From a virus (Duplodnaviria > Caudoviricetes), in IMG/VR virus record IMGVR_UViG_3300033463_000029, positions 1 through 64,000 of that record: a stretch of 64,000 nt of DNA; one strand, given 5' to 3'. The notes beneath the pieces are model-generated. The model was not told the DNA's origin, did no database searches, and saw only the letters and a list, made by a program, of their open reading frames with translations. The position numbers and the translations under genes were made by a program. Position 1 is the stretch's first letter, and each line of letters opens with the position of its first letter. Shown piece after piece: positions 30,744 to 42,271 of the stretch.

Positions 30744-31178
30744 TTACTTATACATCTGTTCTGGAGCTTTGATTGCGAATCCTTTTTCGATCCATCCGCG
30801 ATAATCGAGACGATGCTTGTTATAAAAATCTATTTCAAACGCACTTGCCGCAGCACCTATTATTGTATGACCAGACTCTTCCGACTCCAAATGTTTAAGC
30901 TCAATCTCAAGAACTTGTTTAAACTCGTATTCTTCTTCATCTGTTATACTAGACAGCGGTCTAAGATACATTTTAACAGTAGCACCACTGTCAATAAATT
31001 CGCAAACATCATCAATGCTAAAATCTTGGCACATATCTCCTTTCGCGTAACCTCCAACGACGCCTTCTATTATGCGTTCATCGAGCGGGGAGTTTGGGTC
31101 ATATACTTGTATATTGACTCCGTTTGCCAACCGAGCACAAAGATCTATTATAAAAATCTCCTTATCCTCTTTTGTCAT
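30744..31178 (-). CDS. Family C paralog (divergent)
   Basis: DLCARL...YLRPLSSIT...LDYRGWIEKGFAIKAPEQMYK. Confidence 0.75.
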   Translation of the reverse strand: MTKEDKEIFIIDLCARLANGVNIQVYDPNSPLDERIIEGVVGGYAKGDMCQDFSIDDVCEFIDSGATVKMYLRPLSSITDEEEYEFKQVLEIELKHLESEESGHTIIGAAASAFEIDFYNKHRLDYRGWIEKGFAIKAPEQMYK

Positions 31179-32344
31179 AATGTGAAATCTTTTCTTTTAG
31201 TTCCAAAAGTTCATTCTTTGATTTTGTAAGTCTGTCTACTTCCGGAATCAACTCATTAAGTTTTTCATTTATTTCTTTACTGATGGTATCAACCCTGTTT
31301 TTCCTATATTCTTCCTCGCTTGACGCTGGGGTTAACCAGAAATAAGTTGTACCATAAGTCTTTTTGTTAAACGCCTGCAATTCCAGCGTTCCATTTTCCT
31401 CATATGTATAACACTCCGCCATCTCCAAATCATACCCTTCTTCTGTAATCTTATCAGCAGACACATACCTGTCGACAAACATCTTCAATTCATCTGATGC
31501 AAGTCTTAAATCAATACTATCGAGAATACTTTTGTCCCAATCCCTCCTCTTATTATATTCTTCTACAAATACCTTTACTTTTTCTTTCATATTAATAAAT
31601 GCCTATTTTTAAATTACATTGCGTCTGGATCTCCACCATCGTTGGCGATGCCTGAAATAAACTCTACTGCACCATTATAAAAATTTCTGTCGTCAATACA
31701 GCTTTTCTTGACGACATATAAGCTTCCGGCGAAACTGAATAGCATTAAATCGTTTCCGAATGCCTTCCATTTTTTCGCTAATCTTTTTAAAGAATCGATT
31801 AGCTTGCATTCTTCACTGCTACAGGGCGTTCCGTCACCAGCTTTATATTTTATTTCGTTCTCCATTATGCAACAATTAATTACAATTTTGTTTAAAACGG
31901 CAATTCTTCATTGTCAATCTCACCAGATTCCAGCATTTTGTCATGCATTTCACAAATTTTTAACAATTCTGGATCCATTCCATTCATTTCCATATCCGCA
32001 TAGCTTTCACACATCTCCAGAAGTTTTTTCTCATAATCAGGATCATTGTATGGAATCAAGTCACAGAAATGAGTTTTTGCATACTCTATGAGAAGTTCTC
32101 TCTCATTTGTCGTATCCATCATTCGCCGTGCTTATGTTTGAAATAATCAATTGCGACGGAGCCAAGAAATATTCCAATAACCGTTTCTCCGTCTGGTTCT
32201 TTTCCTGAAATCCACGCCAAAAGCGCTGTGAAAAGAATCGCCAACAGAAGGTAAATAAAGAACTCAAGATAAGGTTTAAATTTGTCAATCATATTCGTAT
32301 ATTTTTAATCTGTTGCAAATATACGAAATGTTTTTTATAAAAAC

Positions 32345-32373
32345 AAATGAATCCGAAAAAATCGGATTCATTT
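32345..32373. terminator. Hairpin/terminator adjoining a promoter (TATATTTG at 32316-32323)
   Basis: AAATGAATCCGA-aaaaa-TCGGATTCATTT. Confidence 0.7.
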
Positions 32374-32856
32374 TTTTATTGAATTTTCAAAAATGTCTTC
32401 TAGTTTGGAACCGTACACCCCAGTGGCTTCGCTAAATCTGGATCTCCCGAACTCTTCGACAAGGTATTCTTCTCCAGAAACTGTTATCTTTTTGTTCGTG
32501 TTAAGCCTCAACCACTCGGCAAGACCGTGCCCGACTTCGTGTCCAACCGTTATTCTTGCCTGAGCTTCTATGTTGAAATCATCAAGAGCGTTACGTTTGG
32601 AGAGTTCATCGAATATTTTAATTTCGTTTACAGCTATTGAAAGTATTCCAGTTTTGGCAAGACTGAATCTTCGTCTTTCGTATGCACCAAGCCAATTCGC
32701 CTTTCTGCCGGTAAACGGATAATCTTCATTCAACTGTATTTTTATACTTGGTGTTACAGTCGACACGAAATTTTGCAAATTCTCAATCTCGTCATAAACG
32801 TATTCCATAAAAGATTTGTGGAATCTATCCCACCCGGATGTCTGTTCTGGTCTCAT
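32368..32856 (-). CDS. Putative zincin-like metallopeptidase (HEVGH)
   Basis: HExxH plus downstream EE; ATAAATA immediately upstream. Confidence 0.55.
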   Translation of the reverse strand: MRPEQTSGWDRFHKSFMEYVYDEIENLQNFVSTVTPSIKIQLNEDYPFTGRKANWLGAYERRRFSLAKTGILSIAVNEIKIFDELSKRNALDDFNIEAQARITVGHEVGHGLAEWLRLNTNKKITVSGEEYLVEEFGRSRFSEATGVYGSKLEDIFENSIKK

Positions 32857-32919
32857 AAATTATTTATGCGATTTCATATAAATTGATACCATATCAATTT
32901 GTTTATTCGAGAATTTCAA

Positions 32920-33333
32920 TTATTCTGTTTTACCAATATAGTCGTTCTCTAAAAGCCACACGACACACTTGTATAACACATCAATAAGAGGCTGACTAAC
33001 AGCAAACTCTGAAAATCCCTTATGATGATAATGTCCATTCCAATACCCGGATAGGTATTCAATATGATCAAAATCAGAATGTCTGATATAAAATTGCTTG
33101 CTATCGTTATCTACAATTGAACGCGGAAGCAGTTTGATTAAAGCGTCCACAGACCAGCACGGTATATAGAATTCCTTTGCCGTATATCCGCTCCAAGCGC
33201 AAGGATACGGACTGTTATTATAATGTGAGGTTTCGGAATCTATACCCCAACACATATCGGCTGTATTTGGATCCAGCCCAAGGTCAAACAACCTTTTTGA
33301 TTTTTCTAATGACGTGTAAAACATATTATTCAA
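32920..33333 (-). CDS. Possible distant relative of family A (YTSLEKSKRLFDLGLD...PCWS..LIKLLP)
   Basis: N-terminal helix pattern parallels YVSFETAKLLKEKGFD. Confidence 0.5.
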   Translation of the reverse strand: MNNMFYTSLEKSKRLFDLGLDPNTADMCWGIDSETSHYNNSPYPCAWSGYTAKEFYIPCWSVDALIKLLPRSIVDNDSKQFYIRHSDFDHIEYLSGYWNGHYHHKGFSEFAVSQPLIDVLYKCVVWLLENDYIGKTE

Positions 33334-34018
33334 GTTCTTTACATTCTTCTTCTGTATACATAGAGTGAAGCTTATTGAGCCACCAATTTGTTTTAACTTT
33401 TACGGACGGTCTCCTCTGTCCTTTTAGAAGTGTACTCCTTTTAAAAACAACACCTTCTTTCACATTCGGGAACACAGCATCAGGTTGAGTCCAGTCATTG
33501 CTTTGAATCTTCTCCACTATATCTGAGTTGAGCGGTCCGGAATAGATAAGTTCAGGAATTTCTATACCACTGTCTTTGAAAAGCCTGTAATACTCCTTCG
33601 GCTCCATATATCCCTTCTTTTTGAGGAACACATCAATCAGAGCCAGACGCATATCACCATTGGTATAATCCCAGAAATCATGTTTCCCGGCAAATGAATT
33701 TGGACCATACCATTCAAAGAAGAATGTTATTTCCTCTATGCCCTGGAATACGTCACCTTTTTTCCAGTTATCCTTTATTATTTTGATTAGTTTTTCATCT
33801 AGTTTATGTACTTTAAACCACTCTACAGCATAAGCAAGTTCACTTTCACTATGTTCATCTACCTGTACAGTTCTTGAACCAAATGATACAAAACAGTTGG
33901 CTTTTGGTTTGAAAGTGGCACAGAAGTTCTGACCATCCAGTTTATTGAATCCCCATACCATCTCCCCTTTCAGTGTCCCATCATCCTGAATTCTCGGTAT
34001 GCTATCGTAGTGTTTCAT
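33326..34018 (-). CDS. ATP-dependent RNA ligase-like nucleotidyltransferase
   Basis: KLDGQN (motif I), FFEWYG, EGVVFK, VKVK. Confidence 0.8.
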   Translation of the reverse strand: MKHYDSIPRIQDDGTLKGEMVWGFNKLDGQNFCATFKPKANCFVSFGSRTVQVDEHSESELAYAVEWFKVHKLDEKLIKIIKDNWKKGDVFQGIEEITFFFEWYGPNSFAGKHDFWDYTNGDMRLALIDVFLKKKGYMEPKEYYRLFKDSGIEIPELIYSGPLNSDIVEKIQSNDWTQPDAVFPNVKEGVVFKRSTLLKGQRRPSVKVKTNWWLNKLHSMYTEEECKELE

Positions 34019-35072
34019 TTCCTTATTATTCTCCTAATTTCTTTTTTATATCTTCAAAGTTTGCACACTTTTCAGCATATGTGTAGAGGTAGTAATCAAA
34101 CTCATCAATATCTGCTATCCATGTTCCAATTGTACAATGGAATCTGAACTTCTGACCACAAACTGGACATTCAAATACCCCCATCTTGCCAATATTAGTT
34201 TCTGTCCAACCTATAAGTTTAGGTTTTTCAAGAGTCTTCTCTGAACTATAAAATCCTTTATGGTCAAAAAATCCACTCTTGTCACACTCAGGACAGTTAA
34301 AATCCGCAGCATAAGGAATGTCCTCATACTGTGGAATCTTTGGAATTATATCAACTAATCTCATATTAACCTACATTTTCACTTAACCAATCATAATATT
34401 CATTAAGAAGGTCAGACAGCTGTTTCAGACAAGGATGGGTTTCAATTGAATCCATCATTTCATCATAGTCACCGCACGTGAACATACTGATGAACTCATC
34501 TGTGAAGAAATCCCACCCAAGTTCTGATGTTAGTTTTTTCAGCAGAGGTTCAAACTTTTCTACCCAATCTGCATAATGTTTCTTCTCATCAAATGGAGTC
34601 CATCTTGTAATCCAATCCCCGTCATAGAGGATTTCATCCATAAATCTCTTTGATAGTTCTTTAGTATTCATATTAACTTATAATCAAATCATTTTCGTCT
34701 TCAATAAAATCATTATGATAACCGCAATGAGGGCACTGCTCCTCATCGCTTTCAAATTGGCTGCTATAATCCGGATAATACTCTTCTATCTCATCTTGTG
34801 TCAATTCTGCTCCGCAGAATGCACATTTCTTTGTACCCTGAAAATATCTTTTCATCTCTAAATGAAATAAAAATTCTTAACTCCGTTTCTGATGATATTC
34901 ACATCTACGTCTGAAAGTTCATTTTCCTTTGCCGCGATCCACCCCTCAATCCAGAACGTTGCAATCTGGATTGCCATCGTGTCCTTCTTTCCCCACGCCT
35001 TTACGCCGAACTCAATTGCGTCCTCAATGATTGGATAATCTTCAATACAACTCATAATGTTATTATTGTTAC

Positions 35073-35134
35073 AAAATAAAAAATCCGTACACTGTGCAAA
35101 TGTACGGATAATTTTTTGAATTTCCAAATTTTAT
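35073..35134 (-). promoter_or_regulatory. Promoter-plus-stem-loop cassette, copy 1
   Basis: 41 bp (35094-35134) identical to 45966-46006; TACATTTG lies inside an ATCCGTACA...TGTACGGAT hairpin followed by a T-run. Confidence 0.85.
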
Positions 35135-35141
35135 ATGAATT

Positions 35142-35939
35142 TTAATCTGTCATAAATGTATACTCATCATCCACGTATGAAAGATCAAGCTCCGACAAAG
35201 CTTCGGATGCGCTCCAGTAATATTTTTCATTCTCTTGGCTTAACCACATCATGCCTCCTTTTACATCAACAGGAACAATGCCTAGAACAGCTAATACGTT
35301 TTTTACGGTTTCTGCATCAGGATGAGAAAAAGATTCCTTCAATAATTTTTTTCTTCTTCTGTCATGGTAACTTTCATTTGCATTAGAAACGCTTTTGAGG
35401 TTAGATTGAATATTACAATTAGGTACGTTTCGAACAATGATGTCAAACGCGTCAGTTATTGTTGTTAAAGGATAAGATGTGTAAAACCATAAAGTGCCTT
35501 CACCATCATTTCTATCATATAGAATTTCATAGTCATAACAATCTTCACGATCAGCAAAAACGTCATCAAACTCTAGTCCCAATTCTTTTGGAAAATCTAT
35601 AGATATTAAATAATCATAACCGGTATGATGATTTTGAAGTTGTAGAGTAATCAAATATGGATCATTTTGATTTAATAGATTATAAGTTGCGTCGATTACT
35701 GGACGCCCGTTGTCATCAACTTCAAATTCGATTTTTTTACCATCTGCAAAAGAATAAAACTTATTAAGACAGTCATTAAGAACCATTGCCGTGCCATCAA
35801 GTTTATTTCTATCGATGTCGTCTCGATTTGCTGGAACAGCCGATTCTTTTAAATGTGTTCTTCTTCTGTTATAATAACTTTCGTTAATATTAGAAACATT
35901 TTTTCGGCTAGATTTATTGTCGTAATTTACAAATTCCAT
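35142..35939 (-). CDS. Probable head-packaged protein with duplicated xNES/LKES motifs
   Basis: VSNINESYYNRRRTHLKES and VSNANESYHDRRRKKLLKES; ATAAATA at 35961-35967. Confidence 0.6.
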   Translation of the reverse strand: MEFVNYDNKSSRKNVSNINESYYNRRRTHLKESAVPANRDDIDRNKLDGTAMVLNDCLNKFYSFADGKKIEFEVDDNGRPVIDATYNLLNQNDPYLITLQLQNHHTGYDYLISIDFPKELGLEFDDVFADREDCYDYEILYDRNDGEGTLWFYTSYPLTTITDAFDIIVRNVPNCNIQSNLKSVSNANESYHDRRRKKLLKESFSHPDAETVKNVLAVLGIVPVDVKGGMMWLSQENEKYYWSASEALSELDLSYVDDEYTFMTD

Positions 35940-35980
35940 TTTAATTATGTTTACTTTTATTATTTATTTTTCATTTAACA

Positions 35981-36013
35981 ATAAAGAACGCCCAAACGTA
36001 GAGCGTTCTTTAT
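35981..36013 (-). terminator. Intrinsic terminator
   Basis: ATAAAGAACGC...GCGTTCTTTAT. Confidence 0.7.
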
Positions 36014-36383
36014 CAAATTTGTAAACATATGACTGCGCTATGGCGCAAGGATTATTTCGATGTTTTTCTTTGCTTCTTTGTACAAATACATATAGTCCGG
36101 TTTATCCAGCTTAATCTTTTCGAAAACCGACACGTCTTCCAAATCATAGGAATCGTTGTCATATAAAATATAATCTCCATCTATTCCTAAGAATATAGAA
36201 TAATCTTCTTCGATTATGTCAACCATTGACATATCATATCTGTTTTTTGACATCGTTGTGTCTGTGCTTAACAAAACAGATGATATGCATCTTCCAACGA
36301 ATTCCTTCGCTTCTTCGGTCTCACAGTTACACACTTCAAATCGAGATTTGAATTCATCGACTATTATATCAACAAGAGCTGAT

Positions 36384-36584
36384 CTAATAGATTCTCGGCT
36401 TTCTTTTACTATGTATCCTTCCATCTTTAATATATTCTGAGCTTTTTGTTTTTCTGTGCATTTCTCCAGCCATATAATGTATTATAGGAAGTTCCTTTCC
36501 AGATTTTTTGTCTAAAACTTTTACATATTTTTTGACAAAATATATCGGATCTTCAATGCATCTTTTCACCTCATCATTTTCCAT
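36384..36584 (-). CDS. Mini-protein resembling the N-terminus of T4 gp17-type large terminase
   Basis: EVKRCIEDPIYFVKKYVKV...G; no Walker A or nuclease domain. Confidence 0.6.
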   Translation of the reverse strand: MENDEVKRCIEDPIYFVKKYVKVLDKKSGKELPIIHYMAGEMHRKTKSSEYIKDGRIHSKRKPRIY

Positions 36585-38303
36585 TTGTAAGCTTTTTATT
36601 GTTTTCTTCTGTTACTGACTTTATCCAATCTTCCAGTTTTCCTTTAGTAAGTTTCCTTCTGATAAAATCTGGACAATATGAATTATCTTTTACGGTATGA
36701 AGTTCCTCTGCACCAAAAATTCCAATATTATGTGAATGACAGTAACATATTCCAAACCCATTGAATTTTTCAAGCTTCCCCTGAACCATACGATATCCGT
36801 ATGATTCTATCATTTTATACCACCAACAATTTTTGCAGTGTCCGTAATTCATACCTTATGTCTCAATTCTGGAAAAAGAAACATTATTGTTTCATCATCA
36901 TATGCTCCTGAACCAAGTGCTGCACGAGCCCTCTCAAGAGCTGGCTCGTTTACATTGTTCTCGGTGTCAAACACAAGGTTATCTTCAGATATCCATCCAA
37001 GTATGTAATCCTTCGGATTCAGAATTCTGTCAGAAACAAATTCGGCAATATTCTCATCGTCGTTGAAGCCAAGATTATAAAACTTTAAGTAGTTGAACCC
37101 CGACCACCGCGTATCTTCGATTACCTTTTTATATGCGTTGTCTAGAAACTTCTTCCGTTCGTCAGGAGACAATCTATGAAAGAACTTAGTGTGGGTGTGA
37201 ACAAGTTTTCCATCCGGCTCCTTTGTTATGTTTTCAACCGGATATAAATCTGGGTTGCCGACGCAAGAATGATATACTATGTTGCAGTTCTTTGTCGCAC
37301 ATACCCAATAGTAATCATCGGCATGATCAACAGCACCTAGAACAATCACCTCGCCTTGGTTGTGACCGTCGGCATATCTTCCGCACATTGTCTTGCAATC
37401 TTCCTTGATTGCAAACCAGTTTTTATCGTGTTCTTTTTCCATAGTGCAAATATACTAAAAAGAAATAAAAAAACAAATTATTTGTTATTTAACAGACGAC
37501 TAATCCAATTCCTCACAACTTCTACTTCTTTAATAAGATGTTCTCTTGCTTCCTTATTTGTCTTGAACGGATCATATCCGGCGCCAACAATTTGACCCTT
37601 TGAGTTTGCAATGTAATAAAATCTACCTCTCCCCATGAACAAACATCTTAACAAGTTTAAATTGTGTTTCATCAAAACGAATGTGGTCCTGAACGATATG
37701 TCCGAAATTAAATTCTCCGTCTAATTCTGTACCGCCACCATATTCGATATGACATATTATGTATTCGGGCTGCACATCATTCTTCAAGAAAAAATCAACA
37801 TCAAAATCTTTAACAATATCATCTGATTCATAATGAAACATATACTCCGGCGGAAGCTCTGGTTGAATCCTTTTTATCGCAAGTTCAGCAAGATTTTCGA
37901 ACCTTTCTTTTGAAAACATCTCGCTATGTAGATTAACCTTATCCCACTTTGTCATCCGAATCAAATCAAGCAATGTTATTTCAAACATAGACCATTTATT
38001 ATGATTGACATAATATTGAAACGCAACGACCCCGCTCTGTTCATCTTCGTTAAAGTTTACCCTAGCCCAAATGTTAGGATATTTCTTATATTGTATCACA
38101 CCAGAAAGACCGCGACCGAGGCTTTTGTACATATACGCATTGAATCCAGCATCTTCAAGCTTCTTTGGAAATTCCTCCTCAACAGAAGAAAAAAATTCAT
38201 CATTTCTTTCTTTTGCTTTCCTTTCCATCGCAGCCTTAATTTGTTCAGGAGACTCTGAATACAACAGGGAAAATATTGGTACAAACATACGAATTCTTTT
38301 ATT

Positions 38304-38921
38304 TTATTCTTGAACTGCCATTGCAACATCGCCGCCCATCATATAACTAATCTTCTGCATCACAAGTTTATAATCTTCGACATAACCTTGATTTTCAAGA
38401 CAGTCTGCAAGTCCCTTACAGTATTGTATAAACGTCTTCTTTGTTTTGCTTGGTTTCTTCAGCAACGCATCCCATGCATAATCTATCACTCTAAGAACAG
38501 GAGTGAAATGTAAACATGTGCATTTGCTTTCATCATATACTATACTTAGTAACTGTTTAGAATAATAGGCAACACCTTCCGGTGTTATTTTTCCACCATT
38601 TCCGTCGCTGAATGAATCAACAATCTCTTTTAATTTTGCTTCAAATCTTGTAAACTCAGGCTCATCGGTAATTATAAACAGATCCATATAATCCTTAAGA
38701 CCACCAAGTGTTCCAAAAATGGAATAATTATATGCAATTTCTCCGCAATCAGAATCTTCATCCTTTGCGTCTTCGCTATAATCAACGAGAACTACTATAG
38801 GGAAATCACCACAAGCATCCCAGCAAACTATTCTTGCCGGTAATCCGCATCTTGTTTCAAGTTTATATTTTCCAGATATAAGCTGCTCTTTATAATTTAT
38901 GTTAAACGGTATTTTTTTCAT
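38304..38921 (-). CDS. Family E paralog (PFNI.Y...SG.Y...T..G...I..WD...PI...DL.I.TDEPE.T.FE)
   Basis: Shares its N-domain with 40220-40894 and 42272-42847. Confidence 0.75.
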   Translation of the reverse strand: MKKIPFNINYKEQLISGKYKLETRCGLPARIVCWDACGDFPIVVLVDYSEDAKDEDSDCGEIAYNYSIFGTLGGLKDYMDLFIITDEPEFTRFEAKLKEIVDSFSDGNGGKITPEGVAYYSKQLLSIVYDESKCTCLHFTPVLRVIDYAWDALLKKPSKTKKTFIQYCKGLADCLENQGYVEDYKLVMQKISYMMGGDVAMAVQE

Positions 38922-39184
38922 ATTAATTCCAATAAACATTTTGTTGAAAAATCAAATTCATCAGGATAATCGGAAAGATTTCCATATCCATCTATCGTAA
39001 CCTTTATGTCTGTCCCATCATTTTTGTGAACAATCAGATAATATCCCCACTTATGCTCAGTCTTTATCTGCACCCTGAAATCCAGCAATTCACAAAAAGT
39101 CTCGGCATTTCCAAGAAATTCTCCGTCTGAGTTAAATGCATCTGCACTAAACTCGCCGACATGTTTGTTAATTACAGCCATAGT

Positions 39185-39679
39185 TTATAACTCAATTTTC
39201 ATTTTTATCCCTATGAGTTTCAATGCATGCTGAAGTTCATGGACAAACCTAATGTTACAGATATGAAAATCATTTTGTCCTTCTCCATCTGGGGTCCTGC
39301 ACCAACCTGTCACGAGAGTGTCAATTCCGTATATAGGATGATCATAAACAGTAACTTGAACTATCGACTGTGGAATTGATTCTATATCGACAGCAATTGA
39401 GTATTTCTTATACAGTCCATCCTTTACTTCCTCAAGAGAAAACCCAATCTTTTTAAGAATATCGTCGTTTAATGGTATACCTTCGATAGCACGCTTTCGC
39501 ACACCAACGGTTAAAAGAGACTCCCCGGTTTTTGTTTTACCCAACACAGAAAATGTCCTTGGTTTCAAAGAACCTTCCGTCGGTTCTACCCCAGAAATCT
39601 GTCCAATGCCATCATAATGTTTTGAGGAGACTTTGACAAAATCCCTCAACATCACTTCATCTGGTTCAATCGTTTTCAT
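39185..39679 (-). CDS. YopX-like/phage hypothetical protein
   Basis: IEGIPL..DILKKIGF...I.FVHELQHAL pattern. Confidence 0.5.
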   Translation of the reverse strand: MKTIEPDEVMLRDFVKVSSKHYDGIGQISGVEPTEGSLKPRTFSVLGKTKTGESLLTVGVRKRAIEGIPLNDDILKKIGFSLEEVKDGLYKKYSIAVDIESIPQSIVQVTVYDHPIYGIDTLVTGWCRTPDGEGQNDFHICNIRFVHELQHALKLIGIKMKIEL

Positions 39680-40219
39680 CTTCTGATACTTCTAATTTCA
39701 TTTTTCCTTCAAGTAACAGACGGAATTTTGTGTGAACAGGAGACACAGATGCTATCATAGATTTTTGCTCGGCTGAAAGCTTATCCCAATCTCCACTCTT
39801 CAGCATATCTCTAACATAATCATCCATATCATAAAATCGGTTCTTTCCATAACCGTCATTCATCGCATATATTACATAATGATACGAATAATGCCAGCCG
39901 TAAAAATCGTTGTCATACCGTTTCCATTCTCCGCCGTTATAGAATTCATCAAGGCACTGCTGAGCTTCCTCTGGCGTATCAAACCAACCACGAGCCAGTT
40001 CAGGTTTACTTTCGCTGGAATCGATATCGTGTTTCTTCACTTCGAATATTCCGTAATATGTGTCGTATTTTCCTCTGGTCTTCATACAAGCAACGCCATT
40101 AAACCAACGCAGACAATAACACCAACAAGAACACCGCACACAAACCCAAGTCCATATGAGGTATCAATGTCAAAATCATCAAACTCGTAAAGCATCTTTT
40201 ATTATTTTTTTATTCTACT

Positions 40220-40894
40220 TTATTCGTTTGGCAACCGTTCAAGTTCGTTTAACACGATATACGTGTCGTCCGGACTGATTGTCGAACTCATCCTATAGCT
40301 GCCTGAATAATTCTTAATCAAGTATGCGTTCTCTGCTCCACCAGCAAACCCGTTCACCATCTTTTTCCACTTTGGAACATCTTGCAAAACGCTTATCTTT
40401 CCAGCTTTAAACCCTTCTTTGTATCCAAATTCGCGGGCGCATTCAAACGGCTCGTATACAACTTTCTTCTTACTTTGTCTTTCTTCTTCAGAGAGCAGCT
40501 CAAACCCACGAGACAAGAGCTCCTTTTGTGCCAGAGGAAGGAGGAGATCTACCATATCCTTTATTGATTTCAAATCGTCGGAATAATCCGTTCCGTGACT
40601 CTTTAAAAGCTCATAAATGGCTGATTGAAACTCGGTTAACTCAGGCTCGTCGGTTACTACAACAAGATTATAAGCGTTATTGTACACAGCTGCTCCCTGA
40701 GGATCATATTCGCCGTCCTTATCATACCATAAACTTGTATCCCCATCTTCTTTATGAATAATAGCAAGAATTGGATACTTGCCGTGATTGTATTCAAATC
40801 CGATTATATCCACGTCGTCTCCACTTATGGTTACAACTTTATATCGTCCAGATTCTATATCCGGCTGATACTTAATATTGAAATCTCTTTTCAT
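40220..40894 (-). CDS. Family E paralog with C-terminal PKWKK module
   Basis: FNIKYQPDIESGRYKV...TDEPELTEFQ...PKWKK. Confidence 0.75.
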   Translation of the reverse strand: MKRDFNIKYQPDIESGRYKVVTISGDDVDIIGFEYNHGKYPILAIIHKEDGDTSLWYDKDGEYDPQGAAVYNNAYNLVVVTDEPELTEFQSAIYELLKSHGTDYSDDLKSIKDMVDLLLPLAQKELLSRGFELLSEEERQSKKKVVYEPFECAREFGYKEGFKAGKISVLQDVPKWKKMVNGFAGGAENAYLIKNYSGSYRMSSTISPDDTYIVLNELERLPNE

Positions 40895-41048
40895 ATCTAC
40901 CAAGCGATTTGTTTTCCTTCTGAATATATTTTGTCAGTTTCACCTCTCCTTAATTTTGTGTGAAAAATTTTCTTTAACTTCTTCTTCACCTTAAGCCAAC
41001 TCTTGTTTGTACTTTCGGTGAATTCTTTCGGATATTCTTTAAGTGAAA

Positions 41049-41690
41049 TCATTTTCTTTTTGATATTGTAATTTCAACTTCAATCGGTTCGTCTTCCCAT
41101 TTCAGTTCAGGGAAATATTCCCAAGGAAGGTGAAACATTATTGTATTTGACGACCAGCAATTTCCATTTCTTTCTGGTTTTTCCTTGTGAACAATTAGTC
41201 CGTCACCAAGAAACGGATCGTTATTGAAATCCCTAGCAACCCAGCCATGAATTTTTTCATCACGACTCGTGCTCGTTTGATTGATAACAGCCCGAAAACG
41301 ATTTTTAAACCAATTCATATCATCTTCATCTGGGCACACCCCTTGATTGACATCATTGATTATTGTATCAAAATGCTTAATATCATCCCTACTCCACTTT
41401 GTTTTATTATATTCTTTCTCCATCATTCTAGTAAACCCTCTATCGATGTTATCTTTCATCGTCATTGTTTCTGAAGCATATACTTCTGGCTCTTCCTGCT
41501 TTTCATAAATCGGACAACCAATACAGTGAGACCTTACACAGTATTCTGGGCAGTCTTTCTTTGTTGAAGAAATTATTTCAGTCATCGCTTTAATATAACC
41601 GTCTCTTTTAAGGGAATTGCGATATTCCTCTGCCAAACTTGTATATGGATAAGCGTCGTACGCTTTCTTCTCTATTTCTTCCTTACTCAT
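41049..41690 (-). CDS. Family F paralog (EEIEKKA..YP...GWVARD...P.LKWED.P.EVE) with insert
   Basis: Tandem with 41687-42007; ~100-aa insert includes a KWSRDD module. Confidence 0.75.
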   Translation of the reverse strand: MSKEEIEKKAYDAYPYTSLAEEYRNSLKRDGYIKAMTEIISSTKKDCPEYCVRSHCIGCPIYEKQEEPEVYASETMTMKDNIDRGFTRMMEKEYNKTKWSRDDIKHFDTIINDVNQGVCPDEDDMNWFKNRFRAVINQTSTSRDEKIHGWVARDFNNDPFLGDGLIVHKEKPERNGNCWSSNTIMFHLPWEYFPELKWEDEPIEVEITISKRK

Positions 41691-42007
41691 ATTTTATTGA
41701 TTATAAGTTCAACTTCCTTCGGTCCATCTTCCCATTTCAAATCTGGATAAAGAGAAGAATCAAGTTCAGTGTAGAATGAATCATGTTTCCATCCATAACT
41801 ATCATCTGCAACAGGCTTTTCTCCGAATAGCAACAAACGACCCTTGCGAAGAAAAATATCTTCCCTTGCCACCCATCCCTTAATCTTTGGTAATGACATT
41901 ATATCAGACATCGCTCTCGAATACCCCTCACGAAGTTTTATATTATCATACAACCCCTCATGTGGATAAATTTCCAAAGCTTTCTTCTCTATTTCTTCCT
42001 TGTTCAT
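41687..42007 (-). CDS. Family F paralog (short form)
   Basis: EEIEKKA..YP...GWVARE...PDLKWEDGPKEVE. Confidence 0.75.
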   Translation of the reverse strand: MNKEEIEKKALEIYPHEGLYDNIKLREGYSRAMSDIMSLPKIKGWVAREDIFLRKGRLLLFGEKPVADDSYGWKHDSFYTELDSSLYPDLKWEDGPKEVELIINKI

Positions 42008-42271
42008 TGCTGCTGACCGTTGTTAATACCATCTCCATTACACGTTGTATATCCATATCCGTCTGTTGTCCAACGCTTCGGGCAATTTATACAGTCCATG
42101 AATGGATTTGTGCATATACCATCCTTTGCAAAACAAGGTGGATAACTTTGACCGTTAAATGGTTCAGGTACCAAGACCTGACGCGTCAACAAATCTCTGG
42201 CGTCTCTTTCTGCCAAAAGTTCAGCAAGACGTCGCTTCGAAAGTTTCATGTAATCATCTACCGTCATATGT

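Noticed and set aside
17197-31178. Classical integron with attC sites
   Set aside because: The junction repeats are not palindromic RYYYAAC/GTTRRRY hairpins and no integron integrase is adjacent; the resemblance is organisational only.
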